A DNA stretch of 63,175 nucleotides, counting the filler, from Rhabdomonas costata (lineage: Eukaryota): assembly GCA_019059605.1 (NCBI GenBank). It is 20 parts of 20 records of this genome, joined end to end, with 100 filler letters (N's around TTAATTAATTAA, not from the genome) between each part and the next. Parts side by side here need not be neighbours in the genome. Positions count along the whole stretch, not along the records: positions 25,357 to 28,419 come from JAHMHO010001464.1; positions 28,520 to 31,576 come from JAHMHO010001465.1; positions 31,677 to 34,732 come from JAHMHO010001466.1; positions 34,833 to 37,888 come from JAHMHO010001467.1; 16 more parts are not named here. One strand, written 5' to 3'. The position numbers were made by a program, and so were the translations under genes. The first letter of the stretch is position 1. Each line of letters starts with the position of its first letter. The notes beneath the pieces are model-generated. The model was not told the DNA's origin. It saw only the letters and a program-made list of their open reading frames with translations, and did not search any database. Of the stretch, positions 25,409 through 37,988 are shown piece by piece.

Positions 25409-27779
25409 GTGTGAAGTACTTGGAACTTTGGGAGCGATGTGTGAAGATGCTTCACGAGAGGATACTCGAACGCCGAGGGGCGAAGGGCGCCCCATGGCTG
25501 AAGTTTATCACGTATGCCAAGCTTGGCGGGTTTGTGGTGACTACGGATGTGAAGGAAAAGGTCTCCTCCGATTTCTATTTCCATGACGAAAAGAAGAATT
25601 CTGTTCTGTTCTGTACCCGAGTTCGGGTATCTTCGAAAGAGGTCCCTGAAACGCAAACCGAGCTGCCGAAATCCAAGTACCCTTTGATGCACGTTATCAC
25701 CGCCGATCCGAAAGCCACCGAAATTCGCACAAAGATAGCCAGCGGAGCCGTGGTAGGGAATCGCTGTGCAGAGCACAAGGCGGGCACGAGCGAAGACCAG
25801 TCTGCCAAACCAAAGGCAGAGGTGGTTTCGCCTCTTCGTGAGCAGCTTCAGCTGGCCTGCCTTCATTGGGCTTGGGATTTTGAGGACGGGAGCAAGCACT
25901 TTCCGGATTACCCCTACAGCGCGCTGATCTCGTCTCGGATTGAGGAGATGTATCGGGCAGGGGCACCGTTTGTTCAGGTGAGTCCCATCCATACGATCTA
26001 CTTCAAGGACATGATGCAGCGCAAAATCGGTGTGTGTGTGTGTATGTGTCTGGGTGCGTTTTCTATTGCGCATGTGATGACCTCCACGTTTCTTTTTTAT
26101 ATACACTCTTTGTGGTACCATTTGGGTTTTCAATCTCTGGGGTTGTTTTTATAGATTTTATGCATTCCACACTGCAACCTTTCTGTCTCTTTTCGGCGCG
26201 GAGTTTTGCCAGACTTTTTCACAGTGACTTTTATACCCCTTCTTTGCATTCCAGACGACGCGATGAGGGTGCGGCTTGTGTTCCGCTACCCCACGGCCAC
26301 GTTCGACACCGACAGCAAGGTTCGAGAGCACCCAGGGCTGCTACATGAGATCCAGAAGAAGCAATGCATCGTGTTCGTGGGGGCGGGCTTCTGCGTCCCC
26401 GCTGGGGGTCCGCCTTGGAAGGCTCTGCTTCTCAATGTCGCCAAGAAGGCCAAGAAGCTTGCGAAGATCAAGTAAGTGGGCGTTTCTCTCGGTTAATGAA
26501 CACTCGGCGTGCGACAAATTCTGTGATCCATTTTCGTCCTTCATTCTCTGCTGCGCTTTATGGAGGTTGTCTTCGCTCCAAAGGTGTCATTTCCATGCAA
26601 TTCGCGGCCCGGTTTCAAATGTCGATTGTCTCGCACCCCTCCCCCGCGTTATTGACATTGTTGTTTGGTGCTGGAAGAGGTACATTATGTGGGCCCAGCA
26701 TTCATTTTTGCCGTCGGGGGGGGGGGCAGCTGAGTTTCTCCTCCTCCCCCCTCCCGGAAGGATGCCGTTTACGCAAATATGGCATAAAGGGAATTAAATG
26801 GGTTAATGTATTTGCAGTTCCAGATGATCACAGAGCTTTTGGCACATGTTGCTGCTTTACTGTGATTCCCCCACCGAGCTGCTTGTTTCTGACCTGGACC
26901 TTTGGTGAGCATTTGAGTTGCAATGGTTTTCAATTGATAATAGAGGTTCAGTCAGCCAGGCAAACAGCCTCCGGTCTGTTCTCAGCTGTAATTAATTGCA
27001 TGTCATAACAATTAACAGCGAACCAACTATGACATTTTGTGTATGTCTCAGCAAGTGTTTCTTGTTGTTAGCGCAGATTTTGTATTATACACACTTCGGT
27101 TTATCAGTTTTTTGGTCGTTTCATGAATCACGTTTCGGCCATTTCGTTATCGCGGTTCTTTTTCAAAGGGATTCCAAGGATCCAGCCGTCAGTTACATCA
27201 AATCCGTTGCAAAAGATGTCAAAGAACTGGTTGATCGCGGTGACCACACCGATCTTGAACTTGCCGCGCAGCTACTTGAGGAATGTAGCTGCTATTTTTC
27301 TGCGTGCCCATTTTTTTGCCGTACCTGTGGGAATCATATCCCTATGGTAACTGTGGGGATCCAGGCTGCATTCCCATTTGTCCAAATATGGCCGGCCCCA
27401 CCCCAGTATATAACTGTGCTTACGGGCTTCTGTTTTGGGTCCTCTGCTTGCATTTTTTGTTTCCCACGTCCTCACAGGATGCCCTGACCGAAACAGAGAT
27501 GCAAAACGCCGTCAAAGAAGAGCTGGACTGTGTTCACAGTGGGGGCTATTACAGTGTAAAACGAGACGCGATTCTCCAACGTCCCTTCGAGGAGGAGTGC
27601 AAGGAGGTGGAGAGTTCGGAGAAGGTTTTTATGATTTTTAGGGGGTTGCTCTATCCGAGGCTCGTTCTTTGTGACTGCGGTGTGATGTGTGCCGTTTTGT
27701 TTTGTTTGCCACTTTAGGGAAAGGAGAGAAAAGATCCCGACAAGATTGTTGTGATGGCGTCCCGACTCGACGTTCTCAG
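25409..27779 (+). CDS. WWE domain plus SIR2-like (SIR2_2, non-canonical sirtuin) domain fusion protein, partial
   Basis: Exons 25409-26029, 26255-26471, 27169-27280, 27478-27624 and 27718-27779. WWE: HWAWDFEDG...YPYSALISSRIEEMYRAG..FVQVSPIHTIYFKDMMQRKIDDAMRVRLVFR. SIR2-like start: LLHEIQKKQCIVFVGAGFCVPAGGPPWKALLLNVA, then LELAAQLLEDAL and MASRLDVLR. Confidence 0.8.
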
Positions 27780-29191
27780 GTTTGCCGCTGCGTTCAGTTT
27801 GTTCTCCGTTCCTTTGTTGTGTCCACTGCTGGCTTGTGCTGCTGGCTTGTGCTGGCCGTTGAGTCAAACCACAAAAAAAAGAAATGGCTCCTGCGACTGG
27901 ATCGGCCACACGATCCGAGAGGGACGGGGTGGCATGGGTAACGTTTTTAGCCCCTTAGCCCCATCCCCGGAAACGGTATTTTAGTGATTGGTGGGATGCA
28001 CTTGCACAAAAGAGGGCAATGACCAGTTTGGATGAAAGGAATTTTGCGGAAATTAATTCCCCAGCTGTAGCCCCTCTCTACGGTTGGGTCAATGTTGGTT
28101 TAAAAAAAGGAATACATGGAAAGAAGATCACAGCAAACATTGCCTCAATCTCGCTCTCAACTTTTAGCAGTAAAGGGAGGCAACATCCCACACACACACA
28201 CACACACACACGCACACACACACGATTCGGTCACATCATTCCTGTTCCCTCAGGTGCCTGCAGTTCAGTGCCATCCTCACTACCAATTACAGCAGGGAAC
28301 TTTGCATGGGGAAGGACGAAAAGGGTGAGTGCAGCGACAAGCGGTGTGGGCTTTGCAGAACACCCTGCCCCTTGCCCAAAAAGGAATCCCAACAAAATCC
28401 CTCCAATTCGACAACCACCNNNNNNNNNNNNNNNNNNNNNNNNNNNNNNNNNNNNNNNNNNNNTTAATTAATTAANNNNNNNNNNNNNNNNNNNNNNNNN
28501 NNNNNNNNNNNNNNNNNNNTTTGGGGTACCGTATCCCATCACAGGAGCGCTTTTCGGGCTGCTCGGGGGAACCACGGCGGAGCAGCCTTCTCTGAAGGCA
28601 AGACAGCGCCTTTAGCGCCTTTGCGACGGCCTGCTTCAGCCCAGTCGGTCGGAAAGCGAAGGAGCGGTGCGCGGTCAACTTTGGGAGCTCGGAGGTCATT
28701 ACTGGTGTGCTTTAAAGATTCACAAAAAGAGCAGAAAAGAATGAAGGAAGATAGCTGAAAAGCGGATCAGGAAAGTGCTCTCGGGCCGAGCCGAACGAGA
28801 CACACTGCTCTAAGATCAGAAACATGCTCAGCTCGTTTCCAGAGAACCACCGCGAGGGCCTGAGCTTCACAAGCTTGAAAAATTACACCAACAGGAGACT
28901 TCCACTTTCGCGAACCACAGGAAGCCTCGAGGAAAGTAAAGGTAGGAGGGGTGAAGGGAATCTGAGGGGACCTTCCCCGCAGTGGCCTCGCCTGCACCCG
29001 TAAGCGCCCACTAACACACACCAGACACAGACACACACACACACAGACACCGAAGCTCGCTCGGGAAAATCGCTCTCGCACTCACTCACGGTGATTGTTA
29101 CTTGAGATGGGCGATGCAACACGCACACTCCTTAAAATTCCCCAATAATGTCACTGCCTTCATCCTTTCCTGTTGCCCTTCTGGCTTCTCC

Positions 29192-31408
29192 TCACAGGCT
29201 GGGCTGCGCAGCCTTCCAGCCCTCAAGCGCCGTGATCGGCAGAACGATCTGCGGGGGATCGATCTCGTTGGGCTCCGGGGTGGTGGGCACAGGCTTATCT
29301 GCGCCGATGTACCACAGGCTGACCCGCCTCCGCCCTGTGTCCACCACAATCACATGTGCCCTTACCCAGCAGGCAAGCTGAACGATTAGGATTAGCAGAC
29401 TGTCCACAGATTAAAGGAGCGCAGGCAACAGGGCATGGCCAGAAAAAAGCAGAGACGACGCCCGACACGACGAGACCCGACCCGATTCCCACTATTCTTG
29501 ATGGAGAGCTGCATCCATGCAGCACGGAGCAGGGGAGGGGGAAGATAAAGACGGCCACACCAATCACTCCAGCGGAAAAAGAAGGGAAGAAGGAACCAAG
29601 CTATCAGCACTTACCATGTACGAGAATTTCCGGGGGTCGCGCAACCAACCAAAGTCTGCAACGTCTCACCTTCACGCAAGGCGCATTGCAAAGCTCCCCT
29701 GGTGATCCTGCAGGTGAGCTCACCACTGAATCATTTCCAAAAATGCGCTGTCTGTTCCGGGAATTTTGGGAGTAAAAAAAGGGCTCCGGTACAACGGTCT
29801 TGAACTGCCGAACTGCACACCTCAAGGATGGCCTTACATCGGCGATGCAAAGAAACAAATGGAGAAAGACGGTGCAGACCTCCAGTATCTCTCGGGGGGG
29901 GGGGGGGGCTTGACAGCGGAATCGACAGGCAAGCATGAATAGAAACATGCCAGGAACCCACTGCCCACATCAAAAACCAATGCCTCATGATTTAAAAAGC
30001 GACAAGATTATTTCCCTCAATTCTCGTCAATTTTCCTAAATTTATTTTCTACGGGGACCTATGAAATAGCATTTTCCCATTGGAACATTCAATACATGTA
30101 CCACACATTGCCCCGGCAATCGAAACCCGCAGAAACGTCGCTGCAATGATCCGTACCGGAGCCCAGAACGGCCTCCTGAAGCATCTCCTTCACCTCCGCC
30201 TTGGTCACGCTCTGCAGAGCCTCAGCCTGCGCCTGACTGATGTTGAAGGAATACGTGTGCTGCGAAATCTCCGTCCAAATCGTCGCGGCTTCCGAGGACA
30301 GCGAAGCGGGCTTGTTCAGCGTAGTCGCCACAAGAGATTTGCGGCGGGTACTGAAAGTCTGCAAGAACCACCGTCAAAAGGCCAACGCCCAGTCGGCAGC
30401 AACGCCCGGTCAACAGCATGCACCAAGACCTGAATTCTGATATTCTCCGCACACCCTCAGACATCCAAAAAGCCTGAGTTTAGAGGGAACCGTTTTCCTG
30501 AGCGCGGACAATATCATCATTGCTATTATCGGTATCCATTATCAATGAAGCCGTGCAAAACTGCAAAATCGACCTGGTTACATGGGGACCAGAAGTAGGA
30601 GCGAAAAACGAAGAGTTGTCCAGCATAAAAACACAAAAGAAAATAAACTTGGATATCGGTGACAGGCATTTCAGCTGTGCCACGGAGAGAGGAAGGGGGC
30701 TTCATCTCTCACCTTATCGGACATCGACACAAGTTCGCAGACATAGTCGTTGAAGAAGTTCATTGCCCGGGAGTCCAGGTAGGCCGCCGTGTAGTTGCCC
30801 GACTGTACCAGCACCCTGAGGTAGCTGGTGGAGTAGGTACGGCTGCGGATCGCGTTGTGGGAGCAGCTCGCAGTGTACCCCAACTGACAGTGTGCAAAGA
30901 ATAATCGCAAACATAATATGAAGAACAAATTAGATTCGATATGTCGAGAATTAGCCGACGCCGACACGTGAAAAGAAACCACTGTTGCCTGGCGTCTGCC
31001 GTGGGGACTCCTGAGCTTTGTTTTTGGGGGGCTCCGGGAGAAGCACGTCTCCATGCCTCCATTCACCTCAGAAAAGGCGCCTTCCTCTGTCGAGCGGGTT
31101 TGGCTCCATTGAAGCAGCATAAATGTATTTTGGAGAAGGGCCGAGAGAATACCTGTTCACTGTCCAATTCACAAAAAACGCCCCCCGGTGCATGGAAGCA
31201 ATGCCGCTACAAAAAGACAACATCTCCCATTAACAAGCGAAAAAGCAGGACACAGGTACCTGCTCTTCCGTACGGAGCCGGTCTTTGCAGCGCTGCTTCA
31301 TGACATACTGTAGCAGGTGCAGGGTGGCGGCCTTTTTCGCGGTCAGCTCCCGGGCCGGGATCACAGGCAGCAGCTGGAAGGTTCCCAGCAGCGCCGAGTT
31401 GCTCTGCT
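29192..31408 (-). CDS. Insulysin (IDE)-like M16A metallopeptidase, C-terminal four exons
   Basis: Exons 31408-31260, 30883-30713, 30358-30157 and 29334-29192 are in phase: NSALL..FQ...DRLRTEEQLGYTAS...LRVLVQS...YLDSRAMNF...IWTEISQHTYSFN...LQSVTKAEV...RRRVSLW...WKAAQPSL*. The M16A C-terminal motif LRT.EQLGY is present. Confidence 0.88.
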
Positions 31409-32320
31409 CTGTGGGACCGAAAAGACAAGAAAAAAACGTTGCTGGCACACCGGCGTGCAGGTGGGCGGACGGTGTGCCAGCCTATAGTTCTTTCTCTTAT
31501 CAATATGCAGGCCTGCAAAGGGCTAAAAGGGGCCCTGAAACCCTGTGTAAACGCAAAAAAGGGCTCAAAAACAACANNNNNNNNNNNNNNNNNNNNNNNN
31601 NNNNNNNNNNNNNNNNNNNNTTAATTAATTAANNNNNNNNNNNNNNNNNNNNNNNNNNNNNNNNNNNNNNNNNNNNGGGGTTTGGGTGACTGAGACGTCC
31701 GCCTCGAAATCTGAGAAATTTTGATTCAGATTTTTGGTTCAACCCTAACCCCTGCTTCCCCAAGCAGGCTTGGTGTAGCCGCAAAGCTCAGCCCAGGCCT
31801 TTTCACACAAGAATAAAGTGCATTTAAACGACGGTTTTGTGCCGCAGGCGCGAGAATTTCTGCTATAAAAAATTCAGTCATATTATTTGATGCCAGACAG
31901 ACTACGTGTCATATATTATATGCGGGCACAGGGGTAAGGTTTGCAACCCAAAAGTCTCCAAAACACAGGATAGTGGATTCTAAGTTTACGGTGTAACGCG
32001 CCTTATTTTTTTTTTTGGAGTTGTTTCATAAGTGGCATAAGTGGCATGCGTTTATTACCCCAATCAACTGCATTCATGGCCCGCATCAAGTGCATGTGTG
32101 CCCCTCCTCCCCGAACCGTTGAGACACACACCACACGAAAGCACCGAGGATAACTAGCGCAGGAATGCGCGCCTCGCGCGTCTTACCTGTGTGCTGATTG
32201 CGTTTAGAGACGAAGCGGCCCATTTTTATACTACAGAAATCGCCAAATAACCCTGCAAGAGCCTTGTGTGGAGTCAGCAAAGTTAAATGCTCGTCACGCG
32301 CTGCAGCGACAACCACTCAC

Positions 32321-34585
32321 CTTCTTCCGGTGAATCTGGAAAATCCAGAGCGAAAGGCGAAGGGTGGCCACCCAAATCAGTGCCGACAACCAGGGTGGTG
32401 GCGCTCACAAGCTCCTGCAACCCCACCCTCATTTCAGCTGCGTTCAGAGCGGCTGCTAACAGCGTCAGGAACGTTCGGAAGAAACAGCAAAAGGCAATAG
32501 CCAAATGGTCCATTCCCTTTCCCTTTCCCTTTCCCTTTCCCTTCGACCATCAATGATGACGCTGTCCCCCCACTCATCCTCAACCCACTGTGGGTTGTGG
32601 ACTAGCCGGTTTCAACACATCTTGAATGAGCTGAACAGTGGAGACGACACTGGTGATTCGCCACAAAAACATCAAGAAAAAAACAGGACAGCGCTTGTGA
32701 TGAAAACATCAGGAGTGGTTCTCCTGCCTCCAAACTCTTGGTCGTGTACAACCAGCACACACCGAGAGTGCAATGCACGAGGAGTCAAGCTGAAATCGCG
32801 GTTGGTTTTGCTTTTGCAGCTGCAGTGCGTCCTGAAGAGTAGCCAGCTTTTGGTCTAGCGCCTTCAGCTCCAGTGGGACAAAGGAAAACCGACGGCGCTG
32901 CAGAAGCAGTGCCACTTCCGCCTCCAGCGCCTTGTGACGCTCGAACCAGACGTGGAACTGCTCCCGAAATTTCGCGCTGAGAACGAGGAGCGGTAGAGAG
33001 CGGAGAGAGGAACTGCGATAGCCCCGCAGTCTCGCGGCCACAGACCCAAAACAAGAAAAGACACGGCAACTCCCCAAAACGGGGCAACATTCACAAACCT
33101 TCTCTCCCAATACAGGCATTGTATCGCACGCTTCTTGCGGTCGGTGCTGACGGTGAGCTTGGAGACGTAGGTCTCAATCATCCCACGGGCAGCTTCCTTA
33201 TGAGTTCTAAGGAAATGCCGAACATCGACTCAGCATCAGCAAATTTAGCAAGTTCACAGAAAAGCTACGGCCGGGAACGATTTGGTCGGTTCTTAACCGT
33301 CCGCATGTTCCAAAAATCAAGCCGTGATCAAGCGAAATATTTTGGATTGTGCATAGAAACATCCGAAACAATGTAGAACGAAGCAATCGTCATCAAAAAA
33401 GTGTTCTTCAGGCACCCCCCCTCTCTCTGGGGCAGCAGACAAACGTACTTGCACTCCCGGTATATTCGCATTTTCATTGACTTGCGCTGGACATCCTCCA
33501 ACCGAATCCACCGCTCCAAAACCTGAATGAACGCGGTCAAAGGTGCTGCAAAAGGACCAACGAGTTCTGAAAAAGCTGGGAAATCGGCCTTTGAAATCTG
33601 GTCATAGAAATTGTGGTCTGGTACTCTTTGAGTGGGGATGTTGCATTGTTTTTTTTAGAGACAGGACACATGCCAGAAGTTCGGCAGTGTCCCTGGCGTG
33701 GCCTGTGCCCTGACCTCCAGAAAGAGAAACCATGACTTCGTATCAGAGAGGTGAGCTAGCATTCACATTTTAGTTGCTGAGTAGCGAGAACCAAAAGCCG
33801 TTCGTACATTGGCAATGGTTTTCGCAAGCATCCAGCAGTTGGGGCCCTTGGGGGCAGAGGTAACCGTTACCACAAAAAAACTGGCGTGCCGGCAGGATGC
33901 CAGCAGTCTCGAAATGGCTTTATTTTTGTGTAAGGGGGTTAGGTGAGCTTTGCCAGTGCCCCCTGGATGATTGTTTTGCTTAGCAGCTGAAAACTACTGC
34001 TGGCTAAAGGCATGCCAATGGCTGGGACATGGCCGGACGAGTAGGAAAGCACTAATTTATGGGCGAAGGCCTTTAGAACTTTTTAAACTTGAAAAATTGA
34101 GCTTTGCCAAAAATTTAAAATATTCTCCCATAGTACAAATTGTTACCACTGGTAACCGTTACCACACCCCTCGTCAACTTCCATTGCACCGCAGTTGGGC
34201 GACGTAGCAAGTGCGATACACGACGATTTTCCCTTACACTACCCTTCTAAAAGATGAGAGGACAACGTCAGAACACAGGAAAGAGAATGACAACCTCTGC
34301 CAAAACCATTTCTCGGCGTCGTAAGCACTGCCGAAACCAGCGAGCCAGCCGCCTCACCCGATGCACAAACCGACGCAGCCTCAGCAAAAAAAGGTCCACG
34401 TTTCGCCGAGTAACCATCAGAGCATGCACCACGACCGCAACGGTCTTCTTGGGATCAAAGTCCCGGTTCTTTGGAATACACCTGACCTTGTGGATCACAC
34501 CGAACTCATTCACAAAGTCCAGCTGCTTACTCGTGATGCCTTCGATGGGGAGATCGCTGGCCAAAAGGTTCATCTCGAGATCCAT
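32321..34585 (-). CDS. Hypothetical alpha-helical basic protein, multi-exon, partial
   Basis: Exons 34585-34295, 33522-33449, 33206-33099 and 32976-~32779 splice in phase with GT-AG. A further probable exon at ~32427-32321 has an ambiguous junction. Confidence 0.65.
32513..32543. repeat. (TTCCCT)n microsatellite
   Basis: Tandem hexamer, about 5 copies. Confidence 0.85.
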
Positions 34586-35345
34586 CTGAAACTCGGTTGG
34601 CGTGTTTGATTTTTCCAGATATCCTTTATTCTTTGCTGCGTGGCGTTCGCAACACGATCCGTCTGTCGGGGGTATGATGAGAGGAACGAGAACGAAGAAA
34701 AGAACAAAGGATATCTGGAAAAACCAAACCCCNNNNNNNNNNNNNNNNNNNNNNNNNNNNNNNNNNNNNNNNNNNNTTAATTAATTAANNNNNNNNNNNN
34801 NNNNNNNNNNNNNNNNNNNNNNNNNNNNNNNNGGTTTTTTGGAGCGCCACAATGATATAATGATTACCGAAAAGACGCAGACAAATGCAGAATTAAGAGG
34901 TGACCCGTCCCTTCTTTTGTTTTCTTCTTTCTTCTTTCTTCTTTTTCCTTTTTATTAGGGATTTTTGCACCGGAAATAGAGACCACAGGATCCTTACCTT
35001 TCTCGGTTGCTTTGCAAGGGCCTTTTGTAAAAAAGCCTCGCAGTGACTAAGGGCCTGGGGTTCGACGACCCAAAGCGAGCTCAAAAAAACGCGCCCCCGT
35101 TTAAAACCCTTTTGGTTTGGGTTAGAAATTGCGCGTCAGCGGCCGCCGTTCCTGCAACGAACGACGGAAGGTCAGTGGGAACGCCCCGGCCTGCCAATTG
35201 TAAAAAATCAGCAAAGTATCGGTTGCACAACCCGCTTCCCTTGTCGCGCCCCCTTTCCCCCCCAGCGCCCTTTCGATGCGCCCGCGGCGTTTCCCTTTCG
35301 CGTGTCGTAAAGACAAACCCCGCGACTGTCGCTACCAGCTTCCGT

Positions 35346-35381
35346 CTACATAATCTACATAATCCACATAATCTACATAAT
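35346..35381. repeat. 9-bp tandem repeat (CTACATAAT) x4
   Basis: ctacataat ctacataat ccacataat ctacataat. Confidence 0.85.
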
Positions 35382-36073
35382 CTTCACATTTTTACAAGCG
35401 AACGTTCGCAGGCATCATCCTCACCTCAGCACAGCCCTTTTGCTTGCGTTTGCACCAGCGCCAGTGCCGAACACTGCACTTCCAACCAAAAGTTCCAAGG
35501 AACCAAAAACTTGGTTCTTGACCACCAACAACCAAAATGCATGAATCATTCAAAGCCTGGCAACCACCAAACAAGCAGAAACGTCAGCTGAAAAGGTCAG
35601 GAGAGTCAGAGAAAAAGCAACAGAACTTTATTAGGGTGCATTTCCTACATCAACTTCCTCCATAAAGGCAAAACCGTTTTCACAAAAAACCGGGCTAAAA
35701 AAAGTACAAATATGCAAAACCATGCAGAAAATCCAGACCGGAATGTAAAAACAAATGAAACAAAGTGCACCCCTCCCCCCTGCAGCATGACCTCGGAACA
35801 AAATGCGACAAGCTGGCCTTTAAACTTAAAGGAGGCTGAAGGCCCAAAGCTCCAATATCTTTTTGCGCGCTACAGAAAAGCTATGAATAGCTCTGGGTCA
35901 AACCTTTTTGCTTGCTTGCTTTTTCAATAAAAGAAGACAGGTAAAACAACGAGAACAACAAGAAATTGGAAGTTCGGATAGTGCCACCTTCATATCCCAC
36001 AGTGAGCGCTTCAACCAACCATTAATTCCGATTTTGCGGAATGAAAATAGGGAAACGAAAGCACAACAGAGAC

Positions 36074-36275
36074 CCTTCTTGTCGCATTTCTGCACCAGCG
36101 TCGTCTTTGAAGGTTTCATATACTCCAATCGTCTCGTCTTCCTTTATTCTATATTTGGTAATGGAGTGCGAAATTCCCACTTCATGACGGCCCATTATGT
36201 CGACAACGTCCAAGCTGAACAGGAAGCATGGCATCTTGGGAAAGGTCATGTTCATGTTCAGACGAATCTGACCAC
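36074..36275 (-). CDS. ERGIC3/Erv46-family ER-Golgi cycling protein, single internal exon
   Basis: A CAG-to-GT bounded exon encodes GQIRLNMNMTFPKMPCFLFSLDVVDIMGRHEVGISHSITKYRI...EG. This matches the ERGIC_N motif I...ITFP..PC..LSLD..D..G. Confidence 0.8.
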
Positions 36276-37780
36276 CTGAAGAAACCAAAAGGAAGCAACA
36301 GTGTAAGTTCGCAGTAGTCTACACGTACAACAACGTCAGATAAAGAGCATCGTGCTTTCACGTTTGTTTTCCATAAATCAGCTGGTGAAACCGTGTAAAG
36401 TTGGGGGTGCATGCCGTATAAGCGCAGAAGAAGTTTTGGAATTTCACTGTTTTGCACGCCTTATTACGAAAAAAAAGTTCACGCGTCGGGTATCAGCAAA
36501 GTTCTTGTTTTTTGAGGAATTCAATTTTGTTTTGACACTGCCGGTTACTGAAGGCGAGACACGCAAAGACCACGGTCGTTAGACCTTGCACATTGAAACC
36601 GGCATAAGCAACAACGTAGGTAGCGCGCGACCACCTTTATTTTTTTTTGTACAGAGTCACTGTGTAGGAATGCAGTGCAGGTTTTGGGGTGTGGTGTCTG
36701 CATCGGGCGTAGAGTGGTGGTTTGTGGTGATGGGTGGCGTTTTAATTTCAGTGTAATTTCCCGCTTTTATTTTCGCGGGGATGTATAAGTTGAAATTTAG
36801 GTGGGCCCCGGTGTGATCTTGCTATCGGTATCTCGGTCTCCTGGGGTGGTATTCTTGGTTTCATTCAGCTGCATGGCCGGTGATTTCATGTTCTTGTGGT
36901 AAAATGGTAGGGCTGTGCAGCATTGGGTGGGTTTTTGTTTTTGCTTGTCTTGAAGTCGCACTACTGTCACTCTTTGGTCAGGTCTCGCTTTTGTAAAGCG
37001 TTCCGCCGGTTGCAGAAATGCCAACGCGATGTAGCCGAATGAGCTGAGCATTGAGCAAGATAAGGCCACGATCTTAGCCGAGGCGGGCGTGGGGTCATCG
37101 GATGGTCGCCAACTGCGGTTGAGTCGGGACCTGCTGGAGTGCGGGCCGGTAGCGTAGGATGTCAACCGCTACGTCTGGCCTCTCGTCGGGAAACAGAACC
37201 GGGACTCAACGACGGCCCAGAAGGCCCGGAAGGACTTATGCAAATGTTAAGTTAATGCCTAGTCGTTGCACCGGCGGTAAGATATTGGGTCAATGGAAAT
37301 TTTGCATTCCTGGGCAAATTCCTGGGGGGGTTTGATTTGCCTGGGTTGTGTGACCAGCGACCTGTCTGCATCCGTCCAGCCCCAAGACAGCGAGTACTTT
37401 CGGCTTACCCCTGCCATGCCCTACTACTGCTGGTCTTCAGGTTGGGTCTTACCAGGCAGTTCGCTACTCCTGCGGGTGCGGAACCTGAACTTAAGCTATG
37501 GCAACATGGGTGATGCTGCGGTAGGCTGCAAGACACAGCTGCCTCCCACACAAGACGCAAGATGAGGTCGTACCACCGTGGCCAACCTGTGGTTTGATGA
37601 TATGACTCGCCTCCCCTCCCCCAAAACTTGGCTCTTCAGAGCATACATACCTCGAGCCCTGGGTTCGCTGGGGCTCTCAAAGGGGATAATCCGGTAACAT
37701 AATTCCAAACGAATTTCATGCGTGCGGGTAATAATCCGGAGCTGTTACAAGGAAAGTTTGTCTCGGTGAGCGAGACGGGA

Positions 37781-37884
37781 TGGTGTTTCACCTTTGAAAA
37801 GACAGGTCGCCTTTTCTGTTGCTTCCAGCGGGATGAGACTGGTGTCACGTAAAGGCGACCTGTCTTTTCAAAGGTGAAACACCA
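37781..37884. repeat. Perfect 34-bp inverted repeat at a contig end
   Basis: Arms 37781-37814 and 37851-37884 are exact reverse complements. Confidence 0.9.
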
Positions 37885-37988
37885 CCACNNNNNNNNNNNN
37901 NNNNNNNNNNNNNNNNNNNNNNNNNNNNNNNNTTAATTAATTAANNNNNNNNNNNNNNNNNNNNNNNNNNNNNNNNNNNNNNNNNNNN

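Noticed and set aside
32427..32779. Odd junction (GAG acceptor or GC donor) as a candidate euglenid non-conventional intron
   Set aside because: Several solutions fit the frame, and the CAG(+4..+6)/CTG(-8..-6) pairing of non-conventional introns is absent. It cannot be resolved without cDNA.
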